NCBI GenBank assembly: GCA_963755125.1
Contig: CAVWIP010000012.1
Coordinates: 256,001-320,000 of the forward strand
Direction of reading: 5' to 3'
Length of the DNA: 64,000 nucleotides
From: an uncultured delta proteobacterium
GTDB taxonomy: Bacteria; Myxococcota_A; Polyangia; Fen-1088
Below, one piece after another: positions 1 through 10,827 of this stretch; the first letter of the stretch is position 1; each line of letters begins with the position of its first letter. The translations under genes and the position numbers were made by a program. The notes under the pieces were generated by a model. The model saw only the letters and a list, made by a program, of their open reading frames with translations. It did not search any database and was not told the DNA's origin.

Positions 1-1088
1 AGAAAAGCGATGGCGGGAAGCAACAGCACGGGAACCGCGAAGACCGCGTAGCGCGGTCCCCAGGCCCAGTCACCCGGCCAGGAGGGAAAGCGGCAGTAGA
101 ACAAGATGACCGGCACGACGGTGGCGAGCATGGCCAGCACGGTGCCGCGATGGCTGCGCCAGAAACGCGGCAAGCCGAGCACCGCGAGCAGCAGCGGTGG
201 CGCGTAGAGAAAGATGCTCTTGCCCGGCGAGAACAGAAAGCCCCACAGGCTGACCAGGACGTTCTCCACCATCACATTGCTCACCTTGGGGTAGCCGGTG
301 TTGGTGATCGAGCCGAAGCGGAGATAGTTGTAGAGCAAGGCCATGAGCAGTCCGGGCAAGAACCCCAGAGCTGCCGCGACCAGCGCCTCGGCCAGGGAAC
401 GCAGCGCTTTCCGGTGCACCAGCACGACCAGCAGCAAGGCACCGGGGAACGACAGCGCGTAGACATACTTGGTATTGAGCAGCAGGCCGGCCCAGAGGCC
501 GGTGGCCAGGGCCGTGCGTCGATCGAGTCGTTCCACGAGCTGGGAAAGCTCGAGAAAGAAGCCGGTGAAGCACGCGATCTGAGTGATCTCGCTGAAAGGA
601 GAGCGGGCGTAGACCCAGACTATGCTCCCCGCCGCGAGCAGGATCGCCGCGAACCCGGCCAGGGGCGGCGAGGCACCGTGGCGCAAGCACAGACGGAAGA
701 ACAACCACGCCACCAGCCCACCCAGCAGGGTGCCGGCCAGATGGCAGCCGAACACCGTCGACAAGTGCACCAGCTCGCGGCCCTGCCGCAGGTGCGAGAA
801 CCCGCCGCGAAAGGCCGCGCCCGGCAGGTGAACCAGCGAAGGGATCCAGGGCTGGGCTGCATAGAAGCGGCCACCGCGGCCCGGTGGCGCATCCAAGGGC
901 CAGCGGGTGGGCACCGCGACTCCCTGCAGGTTGACCATGGACTCGGCCACGTCGTAGATCGGCCGCGCGTCGCCCCAGGGCACCTCGCGGCTCATGCTCG
1001 CGAAGTAGAAACAGGTCACCGCCACGAACAGGTACACGCCCGGGCGCCAGCCGGAAACCGAGCGGACCGCGCGCCTGAGCAGACCCAT
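1..1088 (-). CDS. Polytopic membrane protein, GT-C fold glycosyltransferase-like (ArnT/PMT-like); 3' end lies outside the window
   Basis: Frame absent from the ORF track because it runs off the window. Hand translation: MGLLRRAVRS...VPWGDARPIYDVAES...YARSPFSEITQ...LLLNTKYVY...YNYLRFGSITNTGY...GDWAWGPRYAVFAVP. Many TM helices; an in-frame GTG at 1121 is an alternative start. Confidence 0.7.
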   Translation of the reverse strand, partial: MGLLRRAVRSVSGWRPGVYLFVAVTCFYFASMSREVPWGDARPIYDVAESMVNLQGVAVPTRWPLDAPPGRGGRFYAAQPWIPSLVHLPGAAFRGGFSHLRQGRELVHLSTVFGCHLAGTLLGGLVAWLFFRLCLRHGASPPLAGFAAILLAAGSIVWVYARSPFSEITQIACFTGFFLELSQLVERLDRRTALATGLWAGLLLNTKYVYALSFPGALLLVVLVHRKALRSLAEALVAAALGFLPGLLMALLYNYLRFGSITNTGYPKVSNVMVENVLVSLWGFLFSPGKSIFLYAPPLLLAVLGLPRFWRSHRGTVLAMLATVVPVILFYCRFPSWPGDWAWGPRYAVFAVPVLLLPAIAF

Positions 1089-1190
1089 TCCTCGCTCGAG
1101 GTTCAGCTTGGGCAGACTCACCGGGCGGTTCACTCACGCAAGAATGCCTTCTCGCCCTGGGCGGGTCCAGTGTGACGGCTGGTCTGGCGG

Positions 1191-2282
<1,092 letters not shown>

Positions 2283-2302
2283 GGCGATCTCCTATTTGAA
2301 GG

Positions 2303-2983
2303 CTAGTGCTTGCCGGACTTGGGCACGGCGTGAAGTACGACCAATGGGTCGGACGCATCGGACCCCTGCGCATCGGGATGGTGGCCCATCTTGTGGCGCT
2401 TGACCGCCAGGTAGCCCGCGTTGTGCTGGTTCTCGCCCACCCAGTGTGAGACGCGGTCCACCACCATCACGCCGGCGTCTTCCAGTCCCTTGACCTTGAG
2501 CGGGTTGTTGGTCATGAGCCGCACCGAAAGCACGCCCAAGTCGCGCAGGATGGATCCTGCGATGTCGTAGGAGCGCTCGTCGGCTTCGAAGCCCAGCGCC
2601 AGATTCGCTTCCACCGTGTCGGCGCCGCTGGCCTGCAAGGCATAGGCGCGGATCTTGTTGCCCAACCCGATACCGCGGCCTTCCTGCCGGAGATAGACCA
2701 GCACGCCGGCGCCTTCGGCCGCGATCTTCTCCAGCGCGACGTGAAACTGCTCGCGGCAGTCGCACTTGAGCGACCCCATGACCTCCGATGTCCAGCATTC
2801 GGAATGCACGCGGGTCAGCACGTGGCCCCTGCCTTGGATGGGCCCGCGGACGATGGCCATGTGCTCCTGACACGGGTGGGCTGTTCCCGTCCCATTCTTG
2901 TCCCCCGACTCATGGTACACGAAGAGCCGAAACGGCCCGTGGACCGTCGGCAGATCGGCTTCGGCATATCGAACGAGCTTCAT
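2303..2983 (-). CDS. ribA: GTP cyclohydrolase II
   Basis: RVHSEC...SLKCDC zinc motif, QEGRGIGL, KIRAY, LMTNNP. Confidence 0.95.
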   Translation of the reverse strand: MKLVRYAEADLPTVHGPFRLFVYHESGDKNGTGTAHPCQEHMAIVRGPIQGRGHVLTRVHSECWTSEVMGSLKCDCREQFHVALEKIAAEGAGVLVYLRQEGRGIGLGNKIRAYALQASGADTVEANLALGFEADERSYDIAGSILRDLGVLSVRLMTNNPLKVKGLEDAGVMVVDRVSHWVGENQHNAGYLAVKRHKMGHHPDAQGSDASDPLVVLHAVPKSGKH

Positions 2984-3109
2984 GGCAGTGAAGCGAGCAA
3001 GGTGGCTAAGCTACGAATGGGATCCGGCGTTGTCAACGCGCGTTCCTTCCGCAGTCTCCACCGTCGCGTCTTGCTTGCTCCGTCGGCGGATGTCATTCTT
3101 TCTAGTGAG

Positions 3110-3631
3110 ATGTCCATTCTTCCGATTCTGCATTTCCCCGACCAGCGCCTGCGTGAGACGTCGCGCGATGTCACTAGTTTTGATGACGAACTGAAGCGTT
3201 TGGTGGCGGATATGACGGACACCATGTACCTGGCCGAGGGCGCCGGACTGTCAGCCATCCAGGTCGGGGTTCCGCTGCGGCTCTTCCTAATCGACCCCGA
3301 GGTGGCGGGTCGACAGCCAACCGACCTGCCCATGGTCTTTATCAACCCCGAGATCATGCGCCTGTCCGCCGAGGCGCAGACCGGGGATGAGGGGTGTCTT
3401 TCGTTTCCCGGAATATTCGTGCCCGTGAAACGGGCCATGACCGCGGTGTTCAAGGCGCTCGATGTCGAGGGCAAGCCCTTCACGGTCGAGGGCAGCGGCC
3501 TCTTCGCACGGGCCATGCAGCACGAGAATGACCATCTCGCCGGCCGCTTGCTGATCGACATGGTGGGTCCGGTCAAGCGCCAGATCATCAAACGCAAGAT
3601 GCGCAAGGAAGCCGAGGTCGAGGCGACTTGA
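3110..3631 (+). CDS. def: Peptide deformylase
   Basis: GAGLSAIQ, EGCLS, QHENDHLAG motifs; start placed at ATG 3110 (MSILPILHFPD). Confidence 0.95.
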   Translation: MSILPILHFPDQRLRETSRDVTSFDDELKRLVADMTDTMYLAEGAGLSAIQVGVPLRLFLIDPEVAGRQPTDLPMVFINPEIMRLSAEAQTGDEGCLSFPGIFVPVKRAMTAVFKALDVEGKPFTVEGSGLFARAMQHENDHLAGRLLIDMVGPVKRQIIKRKMRKEAEVEAT

Positions 3632-3669
3632 AGGCGGGAACTGCAGCGGGCAAGAGCGCGGCCTAGCGG

Positions 3670-4044
3670 ATGCCCACGCTGGTTCTGTCCCGCATCAGTT
3701 TCGAGGCTCGCCACGGCGCCACCCCTGCCGAGCGCCGGTCCTTGCGCCGATTTGAAGTGGACATCGAGATCGATGCGCCGCTGGAGAAGGCCCAGTCCAC
3801 GGACCGCCTGACCGACACCATCGATTACCGACAGGTGGCCGAGATCATCGTGGGGATCGGGACGGGCAAGACCCACCATCTTTTGGAAGCCCTGGCTCGC
3901 GACATGATCAACGCACTGGTGGTGCGTCTTCCCGGGGTTGCCTTGCGCCTTGAGCTACGCAAGCTCAACCCACCGGACTGCCCGGGCCAGCCGGCCTGGG
4001 CCGCGGTTCGCATGGCGTATCCGGACGGCGAAAGAAAAGGCTGA
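3670..4044 (+). CDS. folB: Dihydroneopterin aldolase
   Basis: ARHG...ER, DRLTDTIDY, LLEALA, RKLNPP motifs; 124 aa. Confidence 0.88.
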   Translation: MPTLVLSRISFEARHGATPAERRSLRRFEVDIEIDAPLEKAQSTDRLTDTIDYRQVAEIIVGIGTGKTHHLLEALARDMINALVVRLPGVALRLELRKLNPPDCPGQPAWAAVRMAYPDGERKG

Positions 4045-4058
4045 TACCGTTTCTCCGT

Positions 4059-4487
4059 CTACTCGTCGCGGGCCACCTCAGCCCGCAGCGCTTTCTTGGC
4101 ACCCTGGGCGCGCTTGTCGGCCAGCATGCGCCGCTTGGCCCGGCGAGAGCGGCGCCGCTTCTGTCTCCGGATGCGTTCGCTCTCTTGCTGTTGCTGGCTT
4201 TGCCGGCCCAGCCGCGCGGCCTCGATGCGATCGGCCAGCAGCTTGCGTGCCAGGTACCGGTTGAGTCCCTGGGTGCGCTCCTGCTGGCACTTGACCGAGG
4301 TTCCAGTCGGCCGGTGCACCAGCACTACGCAGGTCGCCACCTTGTTCACGTTCTGCCCGCCCTTGCCGCCGGAGCGGACGAAGCTTTCCTCCAGATCATC
4401 TTCCTGGATCTGCAGCGTCGCCAGCCGTGCGCGCAGCGCATTGGCCTTCTCCGACGAAACCGGAAACAAGATCCCGGCGCCGCTCAC
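4059..4487 (-). CDS. arfB: Class I release-factor-like peptidyl-tRNA hydrolase (ArfB/YaeJ-like ribosome rescue factor)
   Basis: FVRSGGKGGQNVNK GGQ motif, ERTQGLNR, highly basic C-terminal tail; GTG start overlaps the upstream TGA (GTGA). Confidence 0.75.
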   Translation of the reverse strand: MSGAGILFPVSSEKANALRARLATLQIQEDDLEESFVRSGGKGGQNVNKVATCVVLVHRPTGTSVKCQQERTQGLNRYLARKLLADRIEAARLGRQSQQQQESERIRRQKRRRSRRAKRRMLADKRAQGAKKALRAEVARDE

Positions 4488-4864
4488 GGCTCGTCCTCGT
4501 CGCCCTCGGTGGTGCTGACGTCCTCCCAGAAACGATCCCACGCCTCGCTGGTCGAGGTCAGAGCAATGGCCATGCCCGGCGACAAGCTGCCCTCGCGGCT
4601 GCCTTCCAGGTCGGAGAAACAGCGCACCACCACCCCCACGGCAAACACGGCCTCGCCGCGCGGACCGAGGACGCGCACGCGCAGCAAAGTCCCCACCCGT
4701 CGCGTCTCGGGGCACGCCACGAACAGGCCGCCCCGGCTCACGTCCACGCTGCGGCCCAAGAAACTGCTGCCGATGTCCACGAGTTGCAGCCGCACCTGGA
4801 TCGAGCTGCGCCGTGATGCGCGACGCTCTTGCGGGACCGGCGGGGTCGGATCCTTGGGGGACAC
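4484..4864 (-). CDS. Single-domain PilZ protein (TIGR02266-like)
   Basis: ERRASRR (RxxxR) and DVSRGG (DxSxxG) c-di-GMP-binding motifs, PGMAI. Confidence 0.75.
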   Translation of the reverse strand: MSPKDPTPPVPQERRASRRSSIQVRLQLVDIGSSFLGRSVDVSRGGLFVACPETRRVGTLLRVRVLGPRGEAVFAVGVVVRCFSDLEGSREGSLSPGMAIALTSTSEAWDRFWEDVSTTEGDEDEP

Positions 4865-4869
4865 CCGTG

Positions 4870-5835
4870 CTACTCCGCCGGCGCGTCGACTGCGTCTCTG
4901 GTCTTGCGGGCGTCCGCGGATCGGCCAGCCAGGATCTCCCTGAGGAAGTTCTTGGCCGCTTCGTCCCACACATCGCCGAAGGTCTGCGCGTAGCCCACGG
5001 CCTCCTCGCGGCTACCTGCCGTGGCTGCTCCCAGGTTGGCCGCGCGGGCGGGAATCCGGCCGAGCAGGGCCGCGCCGAAGTGGGAATTCGCATTGAGCGC
5101 CTGCAGGATCGCGGCATGGGCGGCAGCCCTATCACCCGCGGCCAAGCGGGCGATGCCCAGGCTCATGAACGCACGGCCTGCTCCGGCCTCTGACTTGCTG
5201 GCCACTTCCAGAACCTGCACGGCGTCGGCTGGCCGCTTGAGCTTGAGGAGTGCGGCGCCAGCGATGAGCCGGGCCTCGGTGCCCACCGCGCCCTCGTCCA
5301 CCACATACACGCGTTCGAGATCGGCCAACGCATCCTGGTAGCGTTCCTGATCGAAGGCCAAACACCCGAGGGCGTGGCTGGCGCGAAGGTACGCCTGCGC
5401 CTCCTTGCGCGAGAACGCGTCTTTGGCGCCCGACTCACGCAGCTCGGCGGCCAGTTTCTCCGAGACACGCAGAACCTCGTTAAACTCCTTGCGCGCAGCA
5501 TCTTGGTCGCCCGCTCGCAGGCGTGCCAGGCCGATGGCGACCAGGGCGTCCGCCCAGTCAGGCTTCAGCGCCAGGGCCGCGCGGAATTCCTTCTCGGCAG
5601 CCGCGGGCCTGCGCTGCTCGAAAAGCTGCCAGCCCGAGGCGAGCAGCTCGTCGGGGTCGGGCGCCTGGGGCGGCGCGGACGCAGCCGCCTGGTCGTCGGC
5701 CAGGTGGCATTTCTTGTACTTCTTGCCGGAGCCGCAGGCGCAGGGATCGTTGCGTCCGGTGCTGGCCAGACGGCCACGCGCGGCTTCGGTTTCTTCGTCT
5801 CGTTGGGTTTCTTGCTTCGCTGGCTTTGCAGTCAC
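4870..5835 (-). CDS. SEC-C motif + TPR repeat protein
   Basis: GRNDPCACGSGKKYKKCH followed by Ala-rich TPR-like helices. Confidence 0.85.
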   Translation of the reverse strand: MTAKPAKQETQRDEETEAARGRLASTGRNDPCACGSGKKYKKCHLADDQAAASAPPQAPDPDELLASGWQLFEQRRPAAAEKEFRAALALKPDWADALVAIGLARLRAGDQDAARKEFNEVLRVSEKLAAELRESGAKDAFSRKEAQAYLRASHALGCLAFDQERYQDALADLERVYVVDEGAVGTEARLIAGAALLKLKRPADAVQVLEVASKSEAGAGRAFMSLGIARLAAGDRAAAHAAILQALNANSHFGAALLGRIPARAANLGAATAGSREEAVGYAQTFGDVWDEAAKNFLREILAGRSADARKTRDAVDAPAE

Positions 5836-5882
5836 GGGCGTAGTTTACCGATGACGGCCCCGGTTCGACAGTGGGAAGTCGC

Positions 5883-6791
5883 TTATCGACCGAACGGACT
5901 CAGCCGGGTGACTTCGGACTGCAGCCGCGCAAGCACAGCCTTGTCCACGTCGACCAGGCGAATGCCGAGTCGGTGCTCTTGCTTGGCCACCACCTTGCCC
6001 TTTCCGGTGAACAGTGCATGACCTTCGAAGCTCTCGATCACCACGTCGAAGACAGCGCCCAAGGACACGTTTTCGTCGCAGGGAACCACGAACCCGCCCA
6101 GGCGGATGTTGAGCAGGGGGTTGTTGGTGAAGTAGCCCACCGTGGCAGGGGTGAGCTTCACGTGCAGGTCGCGCCCGCTGACCAGCAGGCCGGGTTGCAG
6201 CATGGTGGCGCCGCGCAAGAGGTTGGTCCGCGAGGACGTCATGGAACTGGAGGACGGCGGCCCGGCGGGTGCGGGGGTGGCGAAGTCGAGCGGAACCGCC
6301 GGCGATCGTCCTTCCTCTTCGTTCACCTGAACGATGCGATCGAGAAATCGCCGCGCTTCCTCATCGAGATCGCGAAAGTGCACGCCCATGCCCGGGTTGG
6401 GCGCACCGGTCACGCGCACCACCTCGCCCTTGCCCCGGAGCAGCGACAGGCCGTCGGACAGCGCCAACTCGAAGTCGATGACCGTGCCCACCGGCCGCGG
6501 ATCGGCGCATGACAGGAACATGCCGGAACGGCTGATGTTGACCGACTGGGTCTCGTGAAAATCCAGAATGCTTTCGTAGTGGACCTTCACCGGCACGCTC
6601 ACCGTCACGCGGGGATCACGCGCCTGCATGTCAGGGCGCTGCGGACTGATGTCCGCCACGGAAAAAGAGCCGGTCGGCCGCCGCGCCGGCTGCTCGTTGG
6701 CCAGGGGAATGGACCCCGTCGCGCGGCGCACGGGCTGCTCGCTGGTTATGGGAATAGCCCCCGTCGTGCGGCGCCCCTTGTCGTCAGGCAT
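5883..6791 (-). CDS. Tandem PilZ-domain protein (TIGR02266 family)
   Basis: SVNISRSGMFL...GEVVRV...GMGVHF, then a second degenerate PilZ (NIRLGGF...GKVV...LGIRL). Confidence 0.8.
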   Translation of the reverse strand: MPDDKGRRTTGAIPITSEQPVRRATGSIPLANEQPARRPTGSFSVADISPQRPDMQARDPRVTVSVPVKVHYESILDFHETQSVNISRSGMFLSCADPRPVGTVIDFELALSDGLSLLRGKGEVVRVTGAPNPGMGVHFRDLDEEARRFLDRIVQVNEEEGRSPAVPLDFATPAPAGPPSSSSMTSSRTNLLRGATMLQPGLLVSGRDLHVKLTPATVGYFTNNPLLNIRLGGFVVPCDENVSLGAVFDVVIESFEGHALFTGKGKVVAKQEHRLGIRLVDVDKAVLARLQSEVTRLSPFGR

Positions 6792-6800
6792 GGCGAGCTG

Positions 6801-7073
6801 TCACGACTTGGGTGCCACGAAATCCGGCGGGTTGCGGCCTCCCGCGCCGAAGAAAAACTGCTCGGCCTGTTCGAGGAGAACCTGCTGCCCCACGGCTGAG
6901 GTCAGGTCGAGGCGGAACTCGTTGACGATACGTTTTGAGTATTCAATCCACTCCATCCACGCCTGCTGCGAGACGTGGTCGTAGATCCTCTTCCCCAGCT
7001 CGTTGTTGAAGGGCCTGTAGGCCACCCCGGGCAGTTCCTGCCCGAGTCTTGCGCATTTGACCAAGCGAGGCAT
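6801..7073 (-). CDS. yggX: Oxidative damage protection / Fe(II)-trafficking protein
   Basis: MPRLVKCARL...ELGKRIYDHVSQQAWMEW...VNEFRLDL...FFF; 90 aa. Confidence 0.9.
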   Translation of the reverse strand: MPRLVKCARLGQELPGVAYRPFNNELGKRIYDHVSQQAWMEWIEYSKRIVNEFRLDLTSAVGQQVLLEQAEQFFFGAGGRNPPDFVAPKS

Positions 7074-7101
7074 TGACTCCGATTCGTCTCCAGAAACCGT
7101 T

Positions 7102-7110
7102 ATTGTAGCA
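7102..7110 (-). promoter_or_regulatory. Extended -10 promoter element (TGcTACAAT) upstream of yggX
   Basis: TGCTACAAT on the minus strand about 30 nt before the ATG, followed by a GGAG RBS. Confidence 0.55.
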
Positions 7111-7217
7111 CCATCGTCCCCCACCGTCTCGACTCCGACCCTGCGGCACTGCGCCCTGCGGGTCGCCAGAGCCGTCCGCTCGGCTGCGGCAGCGTTCCGC
7201 GCTCGGGGACGACAAAA

Positions 7218-7299
<82 letters not shown>

Positions 7300-7367
7300 A
7301 GTCTTTCTTCTCGCACAGCCAGCGCCCGCGCGCCAGAGGGATCTGACGACACGGGAGTAGCGGATTG

Positions 7368-8069
7368 CTAGCTTCCCGCCAGGATCGTCCTGAAGAAGGC
7401 GAAGAACCGCCAGCTCATGGCCAGCGCGACCGCGTAGGGTGCGGCCTGCGCAAACAAGGTGGTGAACTTGAACCAGTGGCGCTTGCCTTCCACGTGGACC
7501 AGCACGTACGCGATCCCGAGCGCGGGGAAGAGCAGGATGAACACCATCCACCAGCGGTGGTCGGCGCGAAAGGCGTGCACTATCACCAGGATCCACGCCA
7601 CGATTGACAACAGGCAAGCCACCGCCATCACCACGACCGATTCGACCAGCACGCGCTTGAACTGCGCACCCTCGCGGGCCGATAGTGGCGGTTTGCCTCT
7701 CGCGACCAGGGCCGTATCGATCGCGGTGGTCAGCGCCCGCTCCAACTCACCGGCAGCGTGCCCGCTTGCCGTGGCGTCGCGGACCGCCTGCTCGATTGTC
7801 TCCAGGGCACCCGCGGGCTTCTTGCTTCCATAAATCACGGCACCTCGTGGCGCGTCCTTGTCTGCCTGGCTGGTGGAGTCAACCAGCACACCGTCGGATA
7901 CGACGGGCGTGGCCTCCGCACGAAGCTGGGCTGGAACTTGATCCAGCCAGTTGACGAAGACATCGCGTTTCGTGCTCGGATCACGGTAACGGTAGATCGA
8001 GTCGGCTCGGGCGGGTGAAGCCATCCCGGCCAGGACGAGCACGGCGGCCCACAACGCCAGCGTTCTCAT
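7368..8069 (-). CDS. Hypothetical membrane protein with signal peptide and DUF4124-like N-terminus
   Basis: Signal peptide ending ARA-D, IYRYRD...DQVP motif, 3-4 C-terminal TM helices. Confidence 0.6.
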   Translation of the reverse strand: MRTLALWAAVLVLAGMASPARADSIYRYRDPSTKRDVFVNWLDQVPAQLRAEATPVVSDGVLVDSTSQADKDAPRGAVIYGSKKPAGALETIEQAVRDATASGHAAGELERALTTAIDTALVARGKPPLSAREGAQFKRVLVESVVVMAVACLLSIVAWILVIVHAFRADHRWWMVFILLFPALGIAYVLVHVEGKRHWFKFTTLFAQAAPYAVALAMSWRFFAFFRTILAGS

Positions 8070-8165
8070 GCTTCCATTACAGCGCGCGAATGCCGTGCTT
8101 GCCAACTTTAACACTACTGGTTGAAATTCGGACCGAGGGTGACGGGAGAATTTCAATCACTAGTG

Positions 8166-9218
8166 TTAAGCAGCGGAACCCGATGGTAGGGCCATCAATT
8201 CTAGGGCCGCCTTGATGGCGCAGAGCAAGCTGACCTCGCTGGCAATGCCTCGTCCTGCAATGTCGTAACCCGAACCATGATCCACCGATGTGCGCACCAC
8301 AGGCAGGCCCAGAGTCACGTTCACCGAGGCGCGGGGGAAGGCCGGCTTGACGGCTATCAAACCCTGATCGTGGTACATGGCCAGGATCAGCCGGTAGCGC
8401 TTGACCCGCTCGATGAAGAAGGAATCGGCAGGGAAGGGACCATCGCAGGCAATACCCTTGTGCCGCGCCCGCCGCATCGCCGGAACGATCGCGCGCGCCT
8501 CCTCGTCGCCCATGAGGCCATGCTCGCCCGCGTGAGGGTTGAGGCCCAGCACGGCCACCGGAAGCTTGCGCCCCCAGCGGGCGCGACCCGCCTGCGCCAG
8601 CATCTCGATCGATTTCACCAGCCCGGCAGTCGTGAGATGGCCGGACACCTGGGCGAGCGGAATATGCGTGGTCTGTAGCGCCAGCAGATAGTCGGGCGTG
8701 AGGAACGCCATGCGCTCGTCACGCACGCCCAGCTTCTCGGCCAGGTAGCCGGTGTGGCCCACGAAGTCGGGAAGCAGCGCAGCCACGGCTTCCTTGGTGA
8801 CAGGCCCGGTGACGATGGCCGCGATTCTGCGCCGCCTGGCCTGATCGATGGCGAAGTCCAGGTAGCCGAGTTGCTCGCGCCCATAGGCCGGCCTGCTGAA
8901 GCGAAATCGCTGCATGTCGATGTGGGAATGGGCGAAAAGCCGGAGCGCGGTGGGCGCAAGCCATGCGGTCGAGAAGTTCTGCACCGGCAAGATGGGAATG
9001 CGTTGCCGCAGCCGTCGCGCCGAATCCGCGAGCACGCCGGCGTCGCCCACCACCGCGAGATTCGCGCATTGCTTGCGCAGAGATCTCCGGATCTGCCGGG
9101 CCAGGGGCTGCTTCCCGCGCGCCAGCGTCGCGAACGCCTTGATGACGACTTCAGCCGAGATACCGGCTGGATCGCCCATGGTGATGAGGAGGTTTCTCGG
9201 CTTGCCCGACGGTGCCAC
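8166..9218 (-). CDS. pdxA: 4-hydroxythreonine-4-phosphate dehydrogenase
   Basis: ITMGDPAGI, GHT, GLNPHAGE, AMYHDQG, RTSVDHG motifs. Confidence 0.93.
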   Translation of the reverse strand: MAPSGKPRNLLITMGDPAGISAEVVIKAFATLARGKQPLARQIRRSLRKQCANLAVVGDAGVLADSARRLRQRIPILPVQNFSTAWLAPTALRLFAHSHIDMQRFRFSRPAYGREQLGYLDFAIDQARRRRIAAIVTGPVTKEAVAALLPDFVGHTGYLAEKLGVRDERMAFLTPDYLLALQTTHIPLAQVSGHLTTAGLVKSIEMLAQAGRARWGRKLPVAVLGLNPHAGEHGLMGDEEARAIVPAMRRARHKGIACDGPFPADSFFIERVKRYRLILAMYHDQGLIAVKPAFPRASVNVTLGLPVVRTSVDHGSGYDIAGRGIASEVSLLCAIKAALELMALPSGSAA

Positions 9219-9307
9219 ATAGGCAGTTCACGCGAATTTCGCGCGCGATGCAAGTGGCGCGGTCAGAAACCGTCGCAATGGTGTAAGATTCTGCGAGGAG
9301 ACAAGAG

Positions 9308-9673
9308 ATGGAACTTCATGACCTCAACGCCGACGAGAGAATTGCCCTGGCCGCCCTGATCGAGTTCGTGGTGATGGCTAGCGGTCACGTGACCGAGGAC
9401 GAGGAGCGCGAGATCCAGGCCGTCGTCGACGAGATTGGCGAGGACGCCTATCGCCAGGCCGTGGAGGAAGTCGATCGACGCTTTCCCGACGAGGAGGCTG
9501 CCAAGACGTTCCTCGGAACCATCACGCGCCCGGAGGCGCGTGATTTGATTTTCGGGGCGGTGATGGGGGCCGCGATGACCGACACCATCGAGGGCCACGA
9601 GTCCAAGATCCTCGACTGGGTCGCCAAGGAGTGGAAGCTCGAAGTCAAGTACGAGGAACCGCCCGAGGAATGA
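9308..9673 (+). CDS. Acidic TerB-like helical protein
   Basis: GAGGAG RBS; ASGHVTEDE and DTIEGHE...L two-fold pattern resembling TerB repeats. Confidence 0.55.
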   Translation: MELHDLNADERIALAALIEFVVMASGHVTEDEEREIQAVVDEIGEDAYRQAVEEVDRRFPDEEAAKTFLGTITRPEARDLIFGAVMGAAMTDTIEGHESKILDWVAKEWKLEVKYEEPPEE

Positions 9674-9827
9674 ATGCGCGTTTTCGCTGACCCTGCGCCC
9701 GGTCGTCCTTGCCCCGCCTCCGCCCTCGCGGTAACTTGAACGAGGGTATCGTCCTTCGGGACGGGAGGACGAGTTGCCCAGCACAGGGAATCGGACGGTT
9801 CGTACAATTGCCTAGGAGGTTCTCACC

Positions 9828-10139
9828 ATGGATGGCACGGACATCGTAACCAGGGACAAACTCGTGGCTGATCTGAAGGTGGTGATCAATGACGCCGAGG
9901 AGCTGCTCAAGATCACGGCCGGTCAGGCGGGTGAGAAGGTCGCGGCGGTACGCGACAAGGTGCAGCGGGGACTTGAGCAAGCCAAGGCCAAGCTCGTCGA
10001 GATCGAAGGCAAGGCCGTCGATCAGACCAAGGCTGCGGCACGCGCAACCGACGCCTATGTCCACGAGAATCCATGGAAAGCCGTGGGAATCGCGGCAGGG
10101 GCCGGCCTCCTCTTCGGGATACTGATCGGCCGCCGCTAG
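9828..10139 (+). CDS. yqjD: DUF883 family (ElaB/YqjD) tail-anchored ribosome-binding protein
   Basis: DAEELLK...DAYVHENPWKAVGIAAGAGLLFGILIGRR; AGGAGG RBS. Confidence 0.9.
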   Translation: MDGTDIVTRDKLVADLKVVINDAEELLKITAGQAGEKVAAVRDKVQRGLEQAKAKLVEIEGKAVDQTKAAARATDAYVHENPWKAVGIAAGAGLLFGILIGRR

Positions 10140-10146
10140 AGCCCCA

Positions 10147-10545
10147 ATGCCAGACGAACCCTTGGCCGCGGCGTCGCACCGTGGGCTGCTCGGGTCGGCA
10201 AGCCATCTGCTCGCCGTGCTGGTTTCCGCAGCCGAGACGCGGGTGGGCATCTTGGCGACCGAGTTGCAGGAGGAGCGGGTCCGCCTGAGCCGGCTGGTCC
10301 TTTTCGGCGGAGCGGCGCTGTTCTGTCTCGGTCTGGGGATCGTCTTGCTATCGGTTTTTGTGGTCGTGCTCTATTGGAATTCGGATCGGCTGGCTGTCCT
10401 GGGGCTGCTCAGCGGACTCTTCCTGGGTCTGGGCCTAGTCAACGCGGTCATCCTCGCCGTTATCGTGCGCGGCTATAAGCGCCCGTTGCAGGAAACCGTG
10501 GAAGTGCTCGCCAAGGATCGGCAGAGTCTGGAGCAAGACTCATGA
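10147..10545 (+). CDS. yqjE: YqjE / phage-holin-like family membrane protein
   Basis: TRVGILATELQEERVR followed by two TM helices and ETVEVLAKDR; synteny with yqjD. Confidence 0.8.
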   Translation: MPDEPLAAASHRGLLGSASHLLAVLVSAAETRVGILATELQEERVRLSRLVLFGGAALFCLGLGIVLLSVFVVVLYWNSDRLAVLGLLSGLFLGLGLVNAVILAVIVRGYKRPLQETVEVLAKDRQSLEQDS

Positions 10546-10826
10546 ACCTGTCGCTGACCGAAATCCAGCGCCGCCGGGCGGAGCTGGTAGAACGTGCCCG
10601 CGCCGAGCGGGCGACGGTCAGGGCTGTGCTCGATGGCCACAGCAACCTGTTTTGGCTGGCGGACAGGGGGGTGGAGGTAGTCAAGTTCCTCGCGGCCAGA
10701 AAGGGCCTCTTGCTGGTCGCGGCGCTTGCCGTCGCCGTCGTGCAGCCCCGCCGAGCCTTGCGTTGGGCTGTCAGGGCGTGGGACCTTTTCCGGCTCTTCC
10801 GCAAGATAAGCCGCTCCTTCGCCTAG
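10542..10826 (+). CDS. yqjK: YqjK-like protein
   Basis: RRAELVERARAER...PRRALRWA pattern; third gene of yqjDEK; ATGA overlap. Confidence 0.7.
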   Translation: MNLSLTEIQRRRAELVERARAERATVRAVLDGHSNLFWLADRGVEVVKFLAARKGLLLVAALAVAVVQPRRALRWAVRAWDLFRLFRKISRSFA

Positions 10827-10827
10827 C

